Origin: an uncultured Candidatus Rokubacteria bacterium
Lineage (GTDB): Bacteria; Methylomirabilota; Methylomirabilia; Rokubacteriales; CSP1-6
Assembly: GCA_963758635.1 (NCBI GenBank)
Contig: CAVWWD010000004.1
Coordinates: 128,001-192,000, forward strand
Direction of reading: 5' to 3'
DNA length: 64,000 nt
Each line of letters starts with the position of its first letter. Position 1 is the first letter of the stretch. The position numbers and the translations under genes were made by a program. Under the pieces are notes generated by a model. The model had not been told where the DNA came from, did not search any database, and worked only from the letters and a program-made list of their open reading frames with translations. Below, piece after piece: positions 52,636-62,622 of this stretch.

Positions 52636-52904
52636 GGCACATCTCCGCGGTCCCGCCGCAGGTGCGGAGGCACGATGCCGCATGCTTGGGCTGGAGTGCC
52701 GATCGACGCCAGATCATAATGGCCGCCGATGCCCTTCGAGATCGTCGGCGAGATCACGCGGGTCGAGACGGCATAGCTTTGACGCGCACGAGTTCGCCGT
52801 TGAGCCGACCGCGGGCTCGCCTCCGTTCGCCGCACTGTGGGAGCAACGGCCGGGCAACGTGAGCGTTGACGCGCACTGACGACCGGACGGATTGACGCGT
52901 AGGC

Positions 52905-53102
52905 GTGCCGCCCAAGATCCGAGAATTGATAGCCGATCTGCAAGCAGCTGGCTTTGTTGATCGGGGAGGCAAGGGCAGCCATCGAAACTTCGTTCACCCG
53001 AAGGTCTCGCGGCCAGTAACAATATCAGGGTCGCCGGGCGACGACGCCAAGCACTACCAGGTGCGTGCCGTTCAGCTGGCCATCGAGGAGGCGAAGAAAT
53101 GA
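52905..53102 (+). CDS. hicA: HicA-family toxin
   Basis: GFVDRGGKGSHRNFVHP...TISG..GDDAKHYQ. Confidence 0.88.
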   Translation: MPPKIRELIADLQAAGFVDRGGKGSHRNFVHPKVSRPVTISGSPGDDAKHYQVRAVQLAIEEAKK

Positions 53103-53338
53103 AGGACACCGCTCGATACGTGAAGATCGTGGAATGGTCCGAGGAGGATCACTGCTATGTCGGCAGTTCGCCTGGGCTGATCTATGGGGGCTGTCACGGC
53201 GAGGATGAGAAGGCGGTGTTCGACGAGCTGTGCCGGATCGTCGAAGACGCCGTGGATCTCTACCGCCGCGAGGGGAGGCCCCTGCCCGCCCCAACGTCTG
53301 GTCGTGACTTCGCCAACAAGATGCAGCATGTCGCATGA
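53099..53338 (+). CDS. hicB: HicB-like antitoxin (short form)
   Basis: YVKIVEWSEED.CYVG..PGL..GGCHG...PLP; ATGA overlap with hicA. Confidence 0.82.
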   Translation: MKDTARYVKIVEWSEEDHCYVGSSPGLIYGGCHGEDEKAVFDELCRIVEDAVDLYRREGRPLPAPTSGRDFANKMQHVA

Positions 53339-53499
53339 CGCGCGAGTGTAGCGGACGCGCTTCGCGTGCCGCCCGCGCGGATTGACTTCTCCGCGCCAGG
53401 GGCCTAGCGTACCGGGCGAGGATGCGACGCCACGCGCATCCGGCGGCGCCTGGTACGGTGCGACGGGGCGCGCGGACACACGCGAGAGGGGGACACGCC

Positions 53500-54324
53500 A
53501 TGGCCACGATCGAGATCGAAAGGCTCACGCCCCACATCGGCGCGGTGATTCACGGGGTGGACCTCGCGCGGCCCCTCGACGCCGACACGTTCCACGCCGT
53601 GCACGACGCCCTCATGGACAACCTGGTGGTCTTCTTCCGCGACCAGCGCATCACCGTGGACCAGCAGAAGGAGTTCGGGCGCCGGTTCGGGGAGCTGCAC
53701 ATCCATCCCGCAGCGCCCGGCGTGCTCGAGGGCCATCCGGAGATCCTCGTCATCCACGCCGACGAGAAGTCCAAGCGCGTGGCCGGCGAGGACTGGCACT
53801 CCGACGTGTCGTGCGATCCCGAGCCGCCGATGGGCAGCATCCTCCACATGGAGGAGCTGCCGCCGGTGGGCGGCGACACGCTGTTCGCGAGCATGTACGC
53901 GGCCTACGAGACGCTCTCCGAGGAGATGCAGCGCTTCCTGTGCGGGTTCACCGCGATCCACGACGGCGAGCACGTGTACCGCGGGCGCTACGGGTTCGAC
54001 GACACCGGGCGCACGTACCCGCGCGCCGAGCACCCGGTGATCCGCACGCACCCGGTAACGGGCCGGCGCGCGCTGTTCGTCAACCGCGGGTTCACGACGC
54101 GCATCGTCCAGCTCAAGCGAGCGGAGTCGGACGCCCTCCTCCAGTTCCTCTACCGTCACGTCGAGACGCCGGAGCTCCACTGCCGGTTCCGGTGGGCGCG
54201 CCACTCGATCGCCTTCTGGGACAACCGCTGCGTCCAGCACCACGCCATGTGGGACTACTACCCGCAGCGCCGGCACGGCCACCGGGTGACCATCCGGGGC
54301 GACAAGCCGTTCTTCCGCGCATGA
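53500..54324 (+). CDS. TauD/TfdA-family 2OG-Fe(II) dioxygenase
   Basis: WHSDVS, GGDTLF, HPVIRTHP, WDNRCVQH. Confidence 0.92.
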   Translation: MATIEIERLTPHIGAVIHGVDLARPLDADTFHAVHDALMDNLVVFFRDQRITVDQQKEFGRRFGELHIHPAAPGVLEGHPEILVIHADEKSKRVAGEDWHSDVSCDPEPPMGSILHMEELPPVGGDTLFASMYAAYETLSEEMQRFLCGFTAIHDGEHVYRGRYGFDDTGRTYPRAEHPVIRTHPVTGRRALFVNRGFTTRIVQLKRAESDALLQFLYRHVETPELHCRFRWARHSIAFWDNRCVQHHAMWDYYPQRRHGHRVTIRGDKPFFRA

Positions 54325-54480
54325 CCGCGCGCCCGCCGCGCGGGCGGCGGAACCAAAGTTAGTGAGCCCGGTACTCTAGCGCGGGCGGACGAGGTGCAGG
54401 GTGGGCAGTGCGGGATCGCGGGCAGCGAGGACGTGCCTATGTCGCCCATGGGTACGGACGCCAACTGCGCGCCGGTCGGG

Positions 54481-56766
54481 TTATCTCGAGGCGAAGACTA
54501 CTGGAGCGTCGGAGATCTGCGAAAGGTCGAGCTCCAGCTTTGTGAGCGTCTCAATGACAATCGCACCGACCGTGAACGCTCCCCACGCTTCTAGTTTCAG
54601 GATCGCGGGGCCATGCGCGGCGGCGACGCGGCGGATTGGCGGGTTGAACGTCGGGTGCAGATGAAATTCCACCTCACCAACGTCCCCACCGGGCGGCATC
54701 AGGCGCTCCACGCGGAGCTCGACTTCGAACCAGTCGTTGCGGAGCGTCGTGACAGTCCCGGTCAGGGTAAAGCCGTCTTGTTGTCTTTGCCCTCCAAACT
54801 GACCTTGATGAGGATCGTCGGGATTGGTCCTGGGCAGGGGACCGCTCGGCCGGTAGGCGCTGTCCCGAAGAAACGCGATCAGCCGCGCAACGTCGTCCTC
54901 GGAGAGGGCGGCGCCGGGCACGCCACTGAACGCGAAGCCCTGTAGATTCCGCAGCGGCATCAAGGCCCCACCGTGTGACTCCACATCGCCCCAGGAAGTA
55001 CCGGGGAGCAGGATCGGTACCACCCGCAACCCGCGCGCGGCGACGTAGGCGGCCTCCCGCACGCTGTGGGTGCCTGTCATGTAGTTGGGGCTGAGCAGGA
55101 TGAGGATCGCCTGAGCGCGGTTCATGGCCGCCGACAGCGTCTGCGCCCACGCATCGCCCGCCTTCAGGAGGCCACGATCCCAGAGAACAGCTTCGGCGCC
55201 GAAGTTGTCCCGCAGGGCCGCCGCTAACGTCGCCGCATGCTCCACGTCACGGTGACTGTAGCTCAGGTAGAAGGGTCCCACCTCGGCGTAGGGGCTGACG
55301 GCGATGCGGCGACGCTCCTCGTCAATGTCCCCGAGCAACGTCACCGTGCGGTCCGTGAGATAGCTCGTTAGCTGCTCGAACGCCTGTAGCAGCGACCCCG
55401 TCTGCTGTCGTCGTTCGGCCAGCACGGCGAGGACCTCCTCGTAGGCGAAGTACGGCTGGTACAGCACCTCGACTGATCCCCAGTACTCGTGCCGGTCTTT
55501 CGCGGCCAGATGGTGCAGGAACTTCTGGAAGCGGGTGCGCATCTCGGCGCGGGCACGCTCCAGCCGGTCGCGCTCGGCCAGCTCCACCCGTGTCGGTACC
55601 GGCCACACTCGGATGCCCGGCGCACGGGCGGGCGTGAATCGCTGCTGGAAGGCCGACTCGGCGATGGCCGATGCCCCCTTGATGCTCTGCCCGTTGAGTG
55701 TGAAGCACACCACGAGGTCGTCGGGCATCTGGATCGTGCAGATCCCCGAGGCGTCGGAGATCCCGGTGCGACTGTCGATGAGGATGTAGTCGTACTCGGC
55801 CCGGAGGTTCCTTTTGACCGCCTCCAGGAAGACCCCGCCGCCGAGCTTTTCGTGGAACTCCCCCCAGTTGAATGTCGTCACGCTGATCCCGTACGACGGC
55901 CCCTGGCGGCCTGCCGGCACGAAGTCCACTGTCCCCGTGCCCAAAAAGTCCCAGTTGAGCGAGCTGGCGTATCGCGTCAGGTGAGCGTACGACTCGAACC
56001 AACCCTTCGAAGTCGAAGCCGAGTGGGTCCGGGCGCCTTCCACGAAGTCGTTGAGGAAGTCGATCAAGCCCGGGCTGTTCACGATCTCCTTGTCTTCGAT
56101 GAACGGGGCAAAGTAACGGTGCAATCCGGGCGCCTCGAGGTCCCAGTCGATCGTGAGCACACGCTTGCCCCGGGTGGCGAGGATCCAGGCCACGTTGGCC
56201 AGTGCCATCGTGCGCCCTGTTCCTCCCTTGTAGGAATAGAAGGTGATGATGCGGCCCGGTACGGACTCGGGGCTGGCAGAGCGGGTCTCGTGGCTCGCCT
56301 GCCAGTTGTAGACGGCGGACTGGACGCTAGCCGCGAGCAGCTCGGGTGTCGACCAGTCGAGCCCGACGACGTGCTCGTCCTGCACTCGCGCGCGAAACGC
56401 GTCTTGCTTGGCGAGGGCCATGTCTTGCCTGAGGAGGGTGATCGGTACCAATAGGTCGTCGGGGGCGACGAAGATCAGCGTGGCCCGTCCTGCGGCAGCG
56501 GCCGCCTCGTATTCCTGCTCGGCGATCGACTTGACGTCCCCGGGGGGGATGGAGCCGTACAGATGGCCGAGCAGGCCTATGAAGAGATCGCACGTCCGCG
56601 CCTCTTGGAGGGAGACCTCCTTCGGAGGGGTAGGGTCGGCGCCGAGGTACTCCATTGCGCTCAGCGTCACGTTGTCGATGCGGCTCAGTTGCTTGATTAC
56701 CTCGGCGCGGTATGCCGTGATGTCGCTGGTGGTCGAGGCGACGAAGATCTTCATCCTCGATATCAT
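54481..56766 (-). CDS. Multidomain protein DUF4062 + ParA/MinD-like (YSYKGGTGR) ATPase + TIR + pYEATS-like
   Basis: IFVASTTSD...MEY...DLFIGLLG..YGS...EQEY; ITFYSYKGGTGRTMALANVA...DWDLEAPGL...LIDSRTG; YLSYSHRD...LLSPNY...RE; DDP..GQFGG...FHLHPTF...AWGAFTVG...LELDL. Confidence 0.85.
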   Translation of the reverse strand: MISRMKIFVASTTSDITAYRAEVIKQLSRIDNVTLSAMEYLGADPTPPKEVSLQEARTCDLFIGLLGHLYGSIPPGDVKSIAEQEYEAAAAAGRATLIFVAPDDLLVPITLLRQDMALAKQDAFRARVQDEHVVGLDWSTPELLAASVQSAVYNWQASHETRSASPESVPGRIITFYSYKGGTGRTMALANVAWILATRGKRVLTIDWDLEAPGLHRYFAPFIEDKEIVNSPGLIDFLNDFVEGARTHSASTSKGWFESYAHLTRYASSLNWDFLGTGTVDFVPAGRQGPSYGISVTTFNWGEFHEKLGGGVFLEAVKRNLRAEYDYILIDSRTGISDASGICTIQMPDDLVVCFTLNGQSIKGASAIAESAFQQRFTPARAPGIRVWPVPTRVELAERDRLERARAEMRTRFQKFLHHLAAKDRHEYWGSVEVLYQPYFAYEEVLAVLAERRQQTGSLLQAFEQLTSYLTDRTVTLLGDIDEERRRIAVSPYAEVGPFYLSYSHRDVEHAATLAAALRDNFGAEAVLWDRGLLKAGDAWAQTLSAAMNRAQAILILLSPNYMTGTHSVREAAYVAARGLRVVPILLPGTSWGDVESHGGALMPLRNLQGFAFSGVPGAALSEDDVARLIAFLRDSAYRPSGPLPRTNPDDPHQGQFGGQRQQDGFTLTGTVTTLRNDWFEVELRVERLMPPGGDVGEVEFHLHPTFNPPIRRVAAAHGPAILKLEAWGAFTVGAIVIETLTKLELDLSQISDAPVVFASR

Positions 56767-57954
56767 CCTCCGGTCGCCGAGAGCACGAGTCGCGCGCCGA
56801 GCTTGATGCCGCGCGCGTTGGCGCCGGCCTCAAGATCCGGCTGCACCGCGCGCGCCGCCGGATCGGCCGCCACGAGATCCTTCCGGACACTGTGCAGTCG
56901 CTTTTCGAGCCCGACCGAGAAGGATGCTGGGTCGGTGGCCACGACGCAACCTGTGGCCCCCACCCCTGTGCTCCACGGAGCAAGACGCTGCGCAGCGACG
57001 GCCCGAAGCTGTGCGGCGGCGTCGGCGGCGGTGGGCACGGCGGCACCGAACACAAGGGCTGTCCCCGACGCGTTGAGGGCGCCGGCGATCGATGCCACTA
57101 GTGCTGCGTTGTTCGGAGACTCGAGCGACGCGCGATCGGCGATGAGCACGGGCATCTCTCGCGCTGCGATGGATTTCTTGATCTCGTCCCCTGCGGTAGC
57201 GGAGAGCTTCGTCTCCCGAAACAGCAGCGTGGAGCGGTTGGCCACCTCTTCGATCATCGTGTACAGCGACGCGCTTCCAGCTCCAAACGGTAGCGCACGC
57301 TCGTTCGGCGCCGCGAGGATCATGACTGAGGCCCCGTAGCGTACGGGTGTAGTCGTGCCGTGGAACGCGCTGGCCACGGCGTCGAAGGATGCGATGGGCG
57401 CGCCATCGGGAAGCTGAATTGCGGTCACGGTGGCCGCGATCTGTTTTGCAAGCTCGATCAGCACGGTGTTATATGCGTCGGCGCGGGACTTGAGCAAGGC
57501 GAGCGCGTAGAGCCCGTCTGAGACATATTTGGCGGGCAGCCTGACGTTGCTCCACTGATACGGCTGGAGGACCTGTGGGCACTTCCTCGTCCTTGAAGGG
57601 CACCCAGATGACCGGGATGATCGCCTTCGCCTGCCTGCCGGCGTTCGCCGGCACCTGATTCCACGACTGGACGCGCTGCAGGAAGACTTGCACCTCGCGT
57701 CCGCTGTACTCGCTGGTGAAGTAGGGAACGCTGTAGAAGCAGACGCAAACCTTGCAGAGCCGCGACGCATCAGCGAGCCTCGTCATCCACTCGTCGCTGT
57801 TCTCGATGCTCTGGGCGTCGAAGAAGATGATGTCCTCGGGCTTCGTTCCGTGGGGGAGATGCGCGGGCAGCATTTTCTCGAGTCGCTGGACGAACTTCGC
57901 CAGGCGACCGTCGAGGTTGCTGTTTCTGGCGTAAGAGATGAAGCAGAGTTTCAT
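56763..57954 (-). CDS. FxsC-like TIR-domain protein, frameshift near 57578
   Basis: FISYAR...FFDAQSIE...W...YSVPYFTSEYSGREV...IIPVIWVP, then LQPYQW...Y..DGL..L...Y...LAKQI; ATGA overlap with the downstream gene. Confidence 0.78.
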
Positions 57955-58216
57955 GTCGGCCCCCGGCGGGTCTCCGTCCCTCGGCAGGGAGGGCGTCTCA
58001 TACACTGATCGGCGTGGGATGGACGCGAGACTCACGCAAGAATTGATACGCTGATCGGCGCTGCGGCGTCAGTAGTGGTGAAGAAGGGGAGACTCGGATC
58101 TCCTCACCGTTGCCCGGCACATGACCCTGAATCATGCGCGTGTCTGCCAATTCCGCCACTTCGGCGCAGGAGCTCCACTAGGATACTGACGAGGTGTGTG
58201 AAGTCAAGGGGAGCCG

Positions 58217-58330
58217 ATGCCATCCGAGAATATCGTCGCCACCGATTGCCCGGCCCAGCATCTCTTGATGTCTTCCAGACCTACGAGGCGGGACTTGTCG
58301 TCCCGGGAACCGAGGTGAAGTCGCTGCGCT
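58217..58330 (+). pseudogene. smpB: smpB 5' fragment
   Basis: RBS + MPSENIVAT..., frameshift, then TYEAGLVVPGTEVKSLR (SmpB signature); rest missing. Confidence 0.7.
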
Positions 58331-58586
58331 GGCGTCCAGGAGCGGACGCGGTCCGCGTCGTGGAGAACGCCGCGCGTGGGACGATATTCCACCGGTGTGG
58401 CCGGACGCCTCAACGCGGCCTTGGAACCAAGTGCGGGGCCGCTTCTTCCCCGCGTGCTACGTGGGATCCCGCGCAGAAGCCGGCAGGGCGGCGTCCCGAC
58501 TTTCCACATCACGCAGGGCACTACTGCGGAACGAGCCTCGGCCTGTGTATCCTGGGCCACCGCACTCTCGGCCCGCGGATCGCCGG

Positions 58587-58796
58587 ATGGTGAAGGAGAT
58601 CTGGCTGACCGCGGCCGGGTTCGTCCTCGGCTGGCTCACCAGCAAGACCTGGAGCGACCCGGGCTGCCAGGTCGGCCTCGCCATCTTCCTCGTCGTGACC
58701 GCCGTCCTCGTGCTGGTGTTCGCGGTCGCCGTCACCGCGCCGCGCAAGCAAGACGGCGATGGCGACGACGAACCCAAGGACAAGGACGCCTCGTGA
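58587..58796 (+). CDS. Small membrane protein
   Basis: Two hydrophobic segments; GTGA overlap with the next gene. Confidence 0.5.
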   Translation: MVKEIWLTAAGFVLGWLTSKTWSDPGCQVGLAIFLVVTAVLVLVFAVAVTAPRKQDGDGDDEPKDKDAS

Positions 58797-59428
58797 CGCG
58801 CGCTCCCCGCGCCGCCCCGCCGTGGACGCCGGGCGAGCTGCGCCGGCTCCGCGCGCTCCGCTCGCCGTGGGGCATCCAGCGCGCGCTCGACGCGATGCCC
58901 TACCACCTGGCCTCCACCGCGTGGTCGCCGCGCCGCGTGCTGCGCGAGGGCACCGCGCACTGCCTGGAGGGCGCCATCTTCGCCGCCGCGGCGCTCCGCG
59001 TGCTGGGCTTCCCGCCGCTGCTCATCGACCTGGAGGCGGTGCAGGACACCGACCACGTGCTCGCGGTGTTCCGCGTCGGCGGCCACTGGGGCGCCATCGG
59101 CAAGTCGAACTTCTCGGGGCTCCGCTTCCGGCCGCCCGTGCATCGCACGCTGCGCGAGCTGGCCATGAGCTACTTCGAGAGCTACATCAACCTGCGCGGC
59201 GACCGGACCCTGCGCGCGTTCTCGCGCCCCGTGCACCTGGGCCGCTTCGACCGGACGCACCCGGGCTGGACGGTCACCGAGGGCGACCTCTGGTTCATCC
59301 CCGAGCACCTGGTGGGGCTGCCCCACACGCCGCTCGTCACGCCCGCGATGGTGCGAGCCCTCACCCGGGTCGATGGGCGCTCGCTCCGCGCCGGCGTCGT
59401 CGGCTACCGGGCGCCGGCCGGATCCTGA
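58793..59428 (+). CDS. Conserved protein, transglutaminase-like Cys-His motif
   Basis: SPRRVL...AHCLEGAIFAAA...DTDHVLAVF...WGAIGKSNFSGLR. Confidence 0.7.
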   Translation: MTRAPRAAPPWTPGELRRLRALRSPWGIQRALDAMPYHLASTAWSPRRVLREGTAHCLEGAIFAAAALRVLGFPPLLIDLEAVQDTDHVLAVFRVGGHWGAIGKSNFSGLRFRPPVHRTLRELAMSYFESYINLRGDRTLRAFSRPVHLGRFDRTHPGWTVTEGDLWFIPEHLVGLPHTPLVTPAMVRALTRVDGRSLRAGVVGYRAPAGS

Positions 59429-59457
59429 TCGGCTACAATCGCGCGAGGAGGCGGCGC

Positions 59458-60141
59458 ATGGACGGCGTGCACGACGTCGGCGGCATGCACGGGTTCGGGC
59501 CCGTGGAGCGCGAGCAGGACGAGCCGGTCTTCCACGGCGCGTGGGAGGCCGCGGTCGTGGCCATGATGCGCGCCGGCGGGCGCCGCGGCGTCTACAACAT
59601 CGACGAGTTCCGCCACGGCATCGAGCGAATGGATCCCGCGCACTACCTGGCCTCGAGCTACTACGAGCACTGGCTCGACGGCATCACCCGCATCTTCCTG
59701 GAGAAGGGCGTCGTCGGCGCCGAGGAGCTGGCGGCCCGGACGGAGTTCTTCCGGGCCCGGCCCGAGCTGCCCGCCGCCGCGGCCCTGTCGGGGCCGCCTC
59801 CCCCTCGCGTCCCCCACGCCGAGTGGGTCCAGAGCGCGGTGCGCGAGGGCCAGGGGACGCCGCGCTTCGCCCCCGGCGACGCCGTCGTCACGCGGAACTT
59901 CCATCCCACGGGCCACACGCGGCTGCCGCGCTACGCGCGAGGCAAGCGCGGCGTCATCCACGTGGTGCACGGCACCCACGTGTTCCCCGACACCAACGCC
60001 CACGGCCTCGGCGAGGCGCCGCAGCCGCTCTACAGCGTGCGCTTCGAGGCCCGCGAGCTCTGGGGCGAGTCGGCGGAGCCGAACCAGCGCGTCCACCTCG
60101 ATCTCTGGGAGGCCTACCTCCTGCCCGGGAAGAGCTCGTGA
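59458..60141 (+). CDS. nthB: Nitrile hydratase beta subunit
   Basis: MDGVHDVGGMHGFG, RHGIERM, YYEHW, GHTRLPRYARGKRG, DLWEAYL. Confidence 0.95.
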   Translation: MDGVHDVGGMHGFGPVEREQDEPVFHGAWEAAVVAMMRAGGRRGVYNIDEFRHGIERMDPAHYLASSYYEHWLDGITRIFLEKGVVGAEELAARTEFFRARPELPAAAALSGPPPPRVPHAEWVQSAVREGQGTPRFAPGDAVVTRNFHPTGHTRLPRYARGKRGVIHVVHGTHVFPDTNAHGLGEAPQPLYSVRFEARELWGESAEPNQRVHLDLWEAYLLPGKSS

Positions 60142-60248
60142 ATGAATGGCGAGGCGGCCCCACGTGTGTACGCAGAATCGCGGTGTTGGCGCGCACGGCG
60201 AAGTCGAAATCCGCAATCCTTCACAACCCGGTGAGGTGAGCGAGGGCC

Positions 60249-60857
60249 ATGGGCAAGAACCATCCGAACGTCGATCCCTACGTCGTCTCGCGGGTGCGCG
60301 CGCTCGAGTCGCTCCTGCTGGAGAAGGGCATCCTGTCGCCGGAGGCCGTCGACCGGGTGATCCAGCGCTACGAGGCCGACACCGGCCCGATGATCGGCGC
60401 GCGCGCCACCGCACGCGCGTGGACCGACCCCGCGTACAAGGAGCGCCTGCTCACCCGGACGCGGGAGGCCCTGGCCGAGCTCGGCCTGCAGGGGTACGAG
60501 GTGCTGGTGGTCGTCGAGAACACGCCGGCCGTGCACAACATGGTCGTGTGCACGCTCTGCTCGTGCTACCCGTGGCCGGTGCTGGGCCTGCCCCCCACCT
60601 GGTACAAGATGCCCGCGTACCGCTCGCGCGCCGTGATCGAGCCGCGGAAGGTGCTGGCCGAGTTCGGCGTGGACGTCCCCTCGGCGCGCGAGGTGCGCGT
60701 GTGGGACAGCAGCGCGGAGATGCGCTACATGGTCCTGCCGCGGCGCCCGGCGGGGACGGAGGGGCTCGGCGAGGCCGAGCTGGTGCCGCTCGTGACCCGC
60801 GACGCGCTGATCGGCGTGGCCGAGGTCGAGGCCCCGTCCGCGCGCGTCGCGCCCTGA
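60249..60857 (+). CDS. nthA: Nitrile hydratase alpha subunit, cobalt type
   Basis: [21 protein letters not shown] (Thr/Tyr variant indicates Co type). Confidence 0.95.
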   Translation: MGKNHPNVDPYVVSRVRALESLLLEKGILSPEAVDRVIQRYEADTGPMIGARATARAWTDPAYKERLLTRTREALAELGLQGYEVLVVVENTPAVHNMVVCTLCSCYPWPVLGLPPTWYKMPAYRSRAVIEPRKVLAEFGVDVPSAREVRVWDSSAEMRYMVLPRRPAGTEGLGEAELVPLVTRDALIGVAEVEAPSARVAP

Positions 60858-60871
60858 CCGCGACGGCATCC

Positions 60872-61708
60872 GTGTACGCGCGGCGGCGCAATATCGTAAC
60901 GCGCCCGGACGGGCGCCCCGTCAACGTGGCGCGGATGCGCGGCCAGCTCTTCGTGTGCGCCAGCGGCTGCTGCTGCGGCCGCGTGGAGGACGGCTTCGCG
61001 CCCGTGCCCGCGGAGGTCTTCCATGCGGAGTGGGAGCGCCGGCGGCTCCGCAACGTGGTGCACCTGACCATCGGCGGCTGCCTCGGGCCGTGCGCGCTCG
61101 CCAACGTCGCCCTGCTGATGTTCGACGGCCAGGCCCAGTGGTTCCACTCCGTCAACGGAGACGCCATGGCGATGGCCATCTACGACCACGTCGAGCGGAT
61201 GCTCGACGCCGACCGCTGCCTGCCCCCGCCGCCCGAGCTCGCGCCGTTCCACTTCACGGCCTCGGCGTGGCAGCCGCGCCCGGACGGCCAGCCCGTGGAC
61301 GACCTCCGCCCGCGTCTCGGGCGGGGGCACGCGTGCGCCGCCGCGCCCTCCGGCGTCTCCACCGGCGGGCAGGGGCTGAGCGTGGACGGGGTGGTCGCGG
61401 CCATGGAGGGCGCCGCGGCGCTCCCGAGGAAGAACGGCGAGCTGGTGTTCGACGAGCCGTGGCAGGGGCGGGTCTTCGGCATGGCGGTGGCCCTGCACGA
61501 GAGCGGCGCCTACGCGTGGGAGGAGTTCCGCCAGACCCTCATCCGCCAGGTCGCCGCCGCCGAGGCGCGCGGCGGCGCGTTCGCCTACTACGAGGTCTGG
61601 CTCGCCACGTTCGAGGCTCTCCTCGAGGACAAGGGCCTGGTCACGCCCCAGGAGCTCGAGGAGACCACCTACCAGTTCGAGTTCGGCGAGCGCGACGAGG
61701 TGTACTGA
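60872..61708 (+). CDS. Thioredoxin-like [2Fe-2S] ferredoxin fused to NHase accessory (P14K-like) domain
   Basis: FVCASGCCCG...GGCLGPCALAN, linker, then LPRKNGELVFDEPWQGRVFGMAVAL...YYEVWL. Confidence 0.8.
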   Translation: MYARRRNIVTRPDGRPVNVARMRGQLFVCASGCCCGRVEDGFAPVPAEVFHAEWERRRLRNVVHLTIGGCLGPCALANVALLMFDGQAQWFHSVNGDAMAMAIYDHVERMLDADRCLPPPPELAPFHFTASAWQPRPDGQPVDDLRPRLGRGHACAAAPSGVSTGGQGLSVDGVVAAMEGAAALPRKNGELVFDEPWQGRVFGMAVALHESGAYAWEEFRQTLIRQVAAAEARGGAFAYYEVWLATFEALLEDKGLVTPQELEETTYQFEFGERDEVY

Positions 61709-61749
61709 CCCCCACGGTGAGCGGGCGTATCCACTGGATTTCCATATCC

Positions 61750-61806
61750 GCTCGCCTCGCCTGCGGCTCAGCTCGCAAAGCCACCGGCTCGGCTCGCAAA
61801 GCCACG
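61750..61806. repeat. Short intergenic repeat with two GGCTC(A/G)GCTCGCAAAGCCAC units
   Basis: Direct tandem duplication between convergent genes. Confidence 0.55.
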
Positions 61807-61810
61807 CGAG

Positions 61811-62446
61811 CTATCGCATCGCCGAGAACGGCGCGGGCACCAGCACCGTGGCCTGCATGTGGGCCAGCAGCGGCACCGACTTCGCGAGGAACGCCTGCCA
61901 CTCCGGGTCCTGGCCGAGCTTGGCCCGCGCCTCCGCCCGCTCGTTGAGGTCGCGGTAGACCCACATGTGCACCACCTCGTTCAGCTGGGCGATGTCCGTC
62001 TGCCAGAGCCCGACCCGGCGCATGTACTTCTCGCGCGTGGGCATGACGTTCTTGAAGTGGCCGAGCCACTCGCCGGCGCTGCCGACGTGGGCCCGGTACC
62101 AGCGGAGCTCGTAGACGTTGCCGGTGTCCGCGGGCGGATTGAGCGGCAGCACCGCGGAGAGGATCTTGTTCTCCTGGGCGAGGAGCAGCGGGCGGATCTT
62201 CGGGATGTACTCCCTGGTCCACGCCTCGTTCTTCGCGAGCTCGCCGCGCAGGCGCTCCCGCTCGTTGAGGTCGGCGTAGCTCCAGAGGTGCACGAGCTGG
62301 TTGAGCGTGCCGAACTCGGTAGACCAGAACCCTTCCTGCTTGCCGTACGTGTCCCCGCGGATCTTGCGCCCGGTCTCGCCCGAGTGCTTGAGGTACTCGG
62401 CCTGCTTGCCGGGCTGCACCGTGTAGGTCCGGAGCTCGTAGATCAT
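61811..62446 (-). CDS. Tandem NIPSNAP protein
   Basis: MIYELRTY...LVHLWSYADLNER twice. Confidence 0.88.
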   Translation of the reverse strand: MIYELRTYTVQPGKQAEYLKHSGETGRKIRGDTYGKQEGFWSTEFGTLNQLVHLWSYADLNERERLRGELAKNEAWTREYIPKIRPLLLAQENKILSAVLPLNPPADTGNVYELRWYRAHVGSAGEWLGHFKNVMPTREKYMRRVGLWQTDIAQLNEVVHMWVYRDLNERAEARAKLGQDPEWQAFLAKSVPLLAHMQATVLVPAPFSAMR

Positions 62447-62622
62447 GAAGGTCTCCTTGGGGTTCGGTGTCGACGGCTCCCCTCGATCTACACCCAGGAC
62501 CGCGGGCCGCGCAAGCCTCTGGCGACATCTGGTTGACACTGTCACTCGCCATCACTGGCCCGCGCTTGCGGCCGACGATTTTCGTCGTCGGCCGGGTCCA
62601 GGCGTGGCGGCCAAGCCCCTGA

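Noticed and set aside
57560..57600. Programmed frameshift in the FxsC-like gene
   Set aside because: No slippery heptamer is evident, and similar indels occur across the window.
58340..58586. tmRNA next to the smpB fragment
   Set aside because: No tRNA-like ends or tag reading frame recognised.
60142..60248. Unexplained 107-bp spacer between nthB and nthA
   Set aside because: No clear structure, repeat partner or ORF could be supported.
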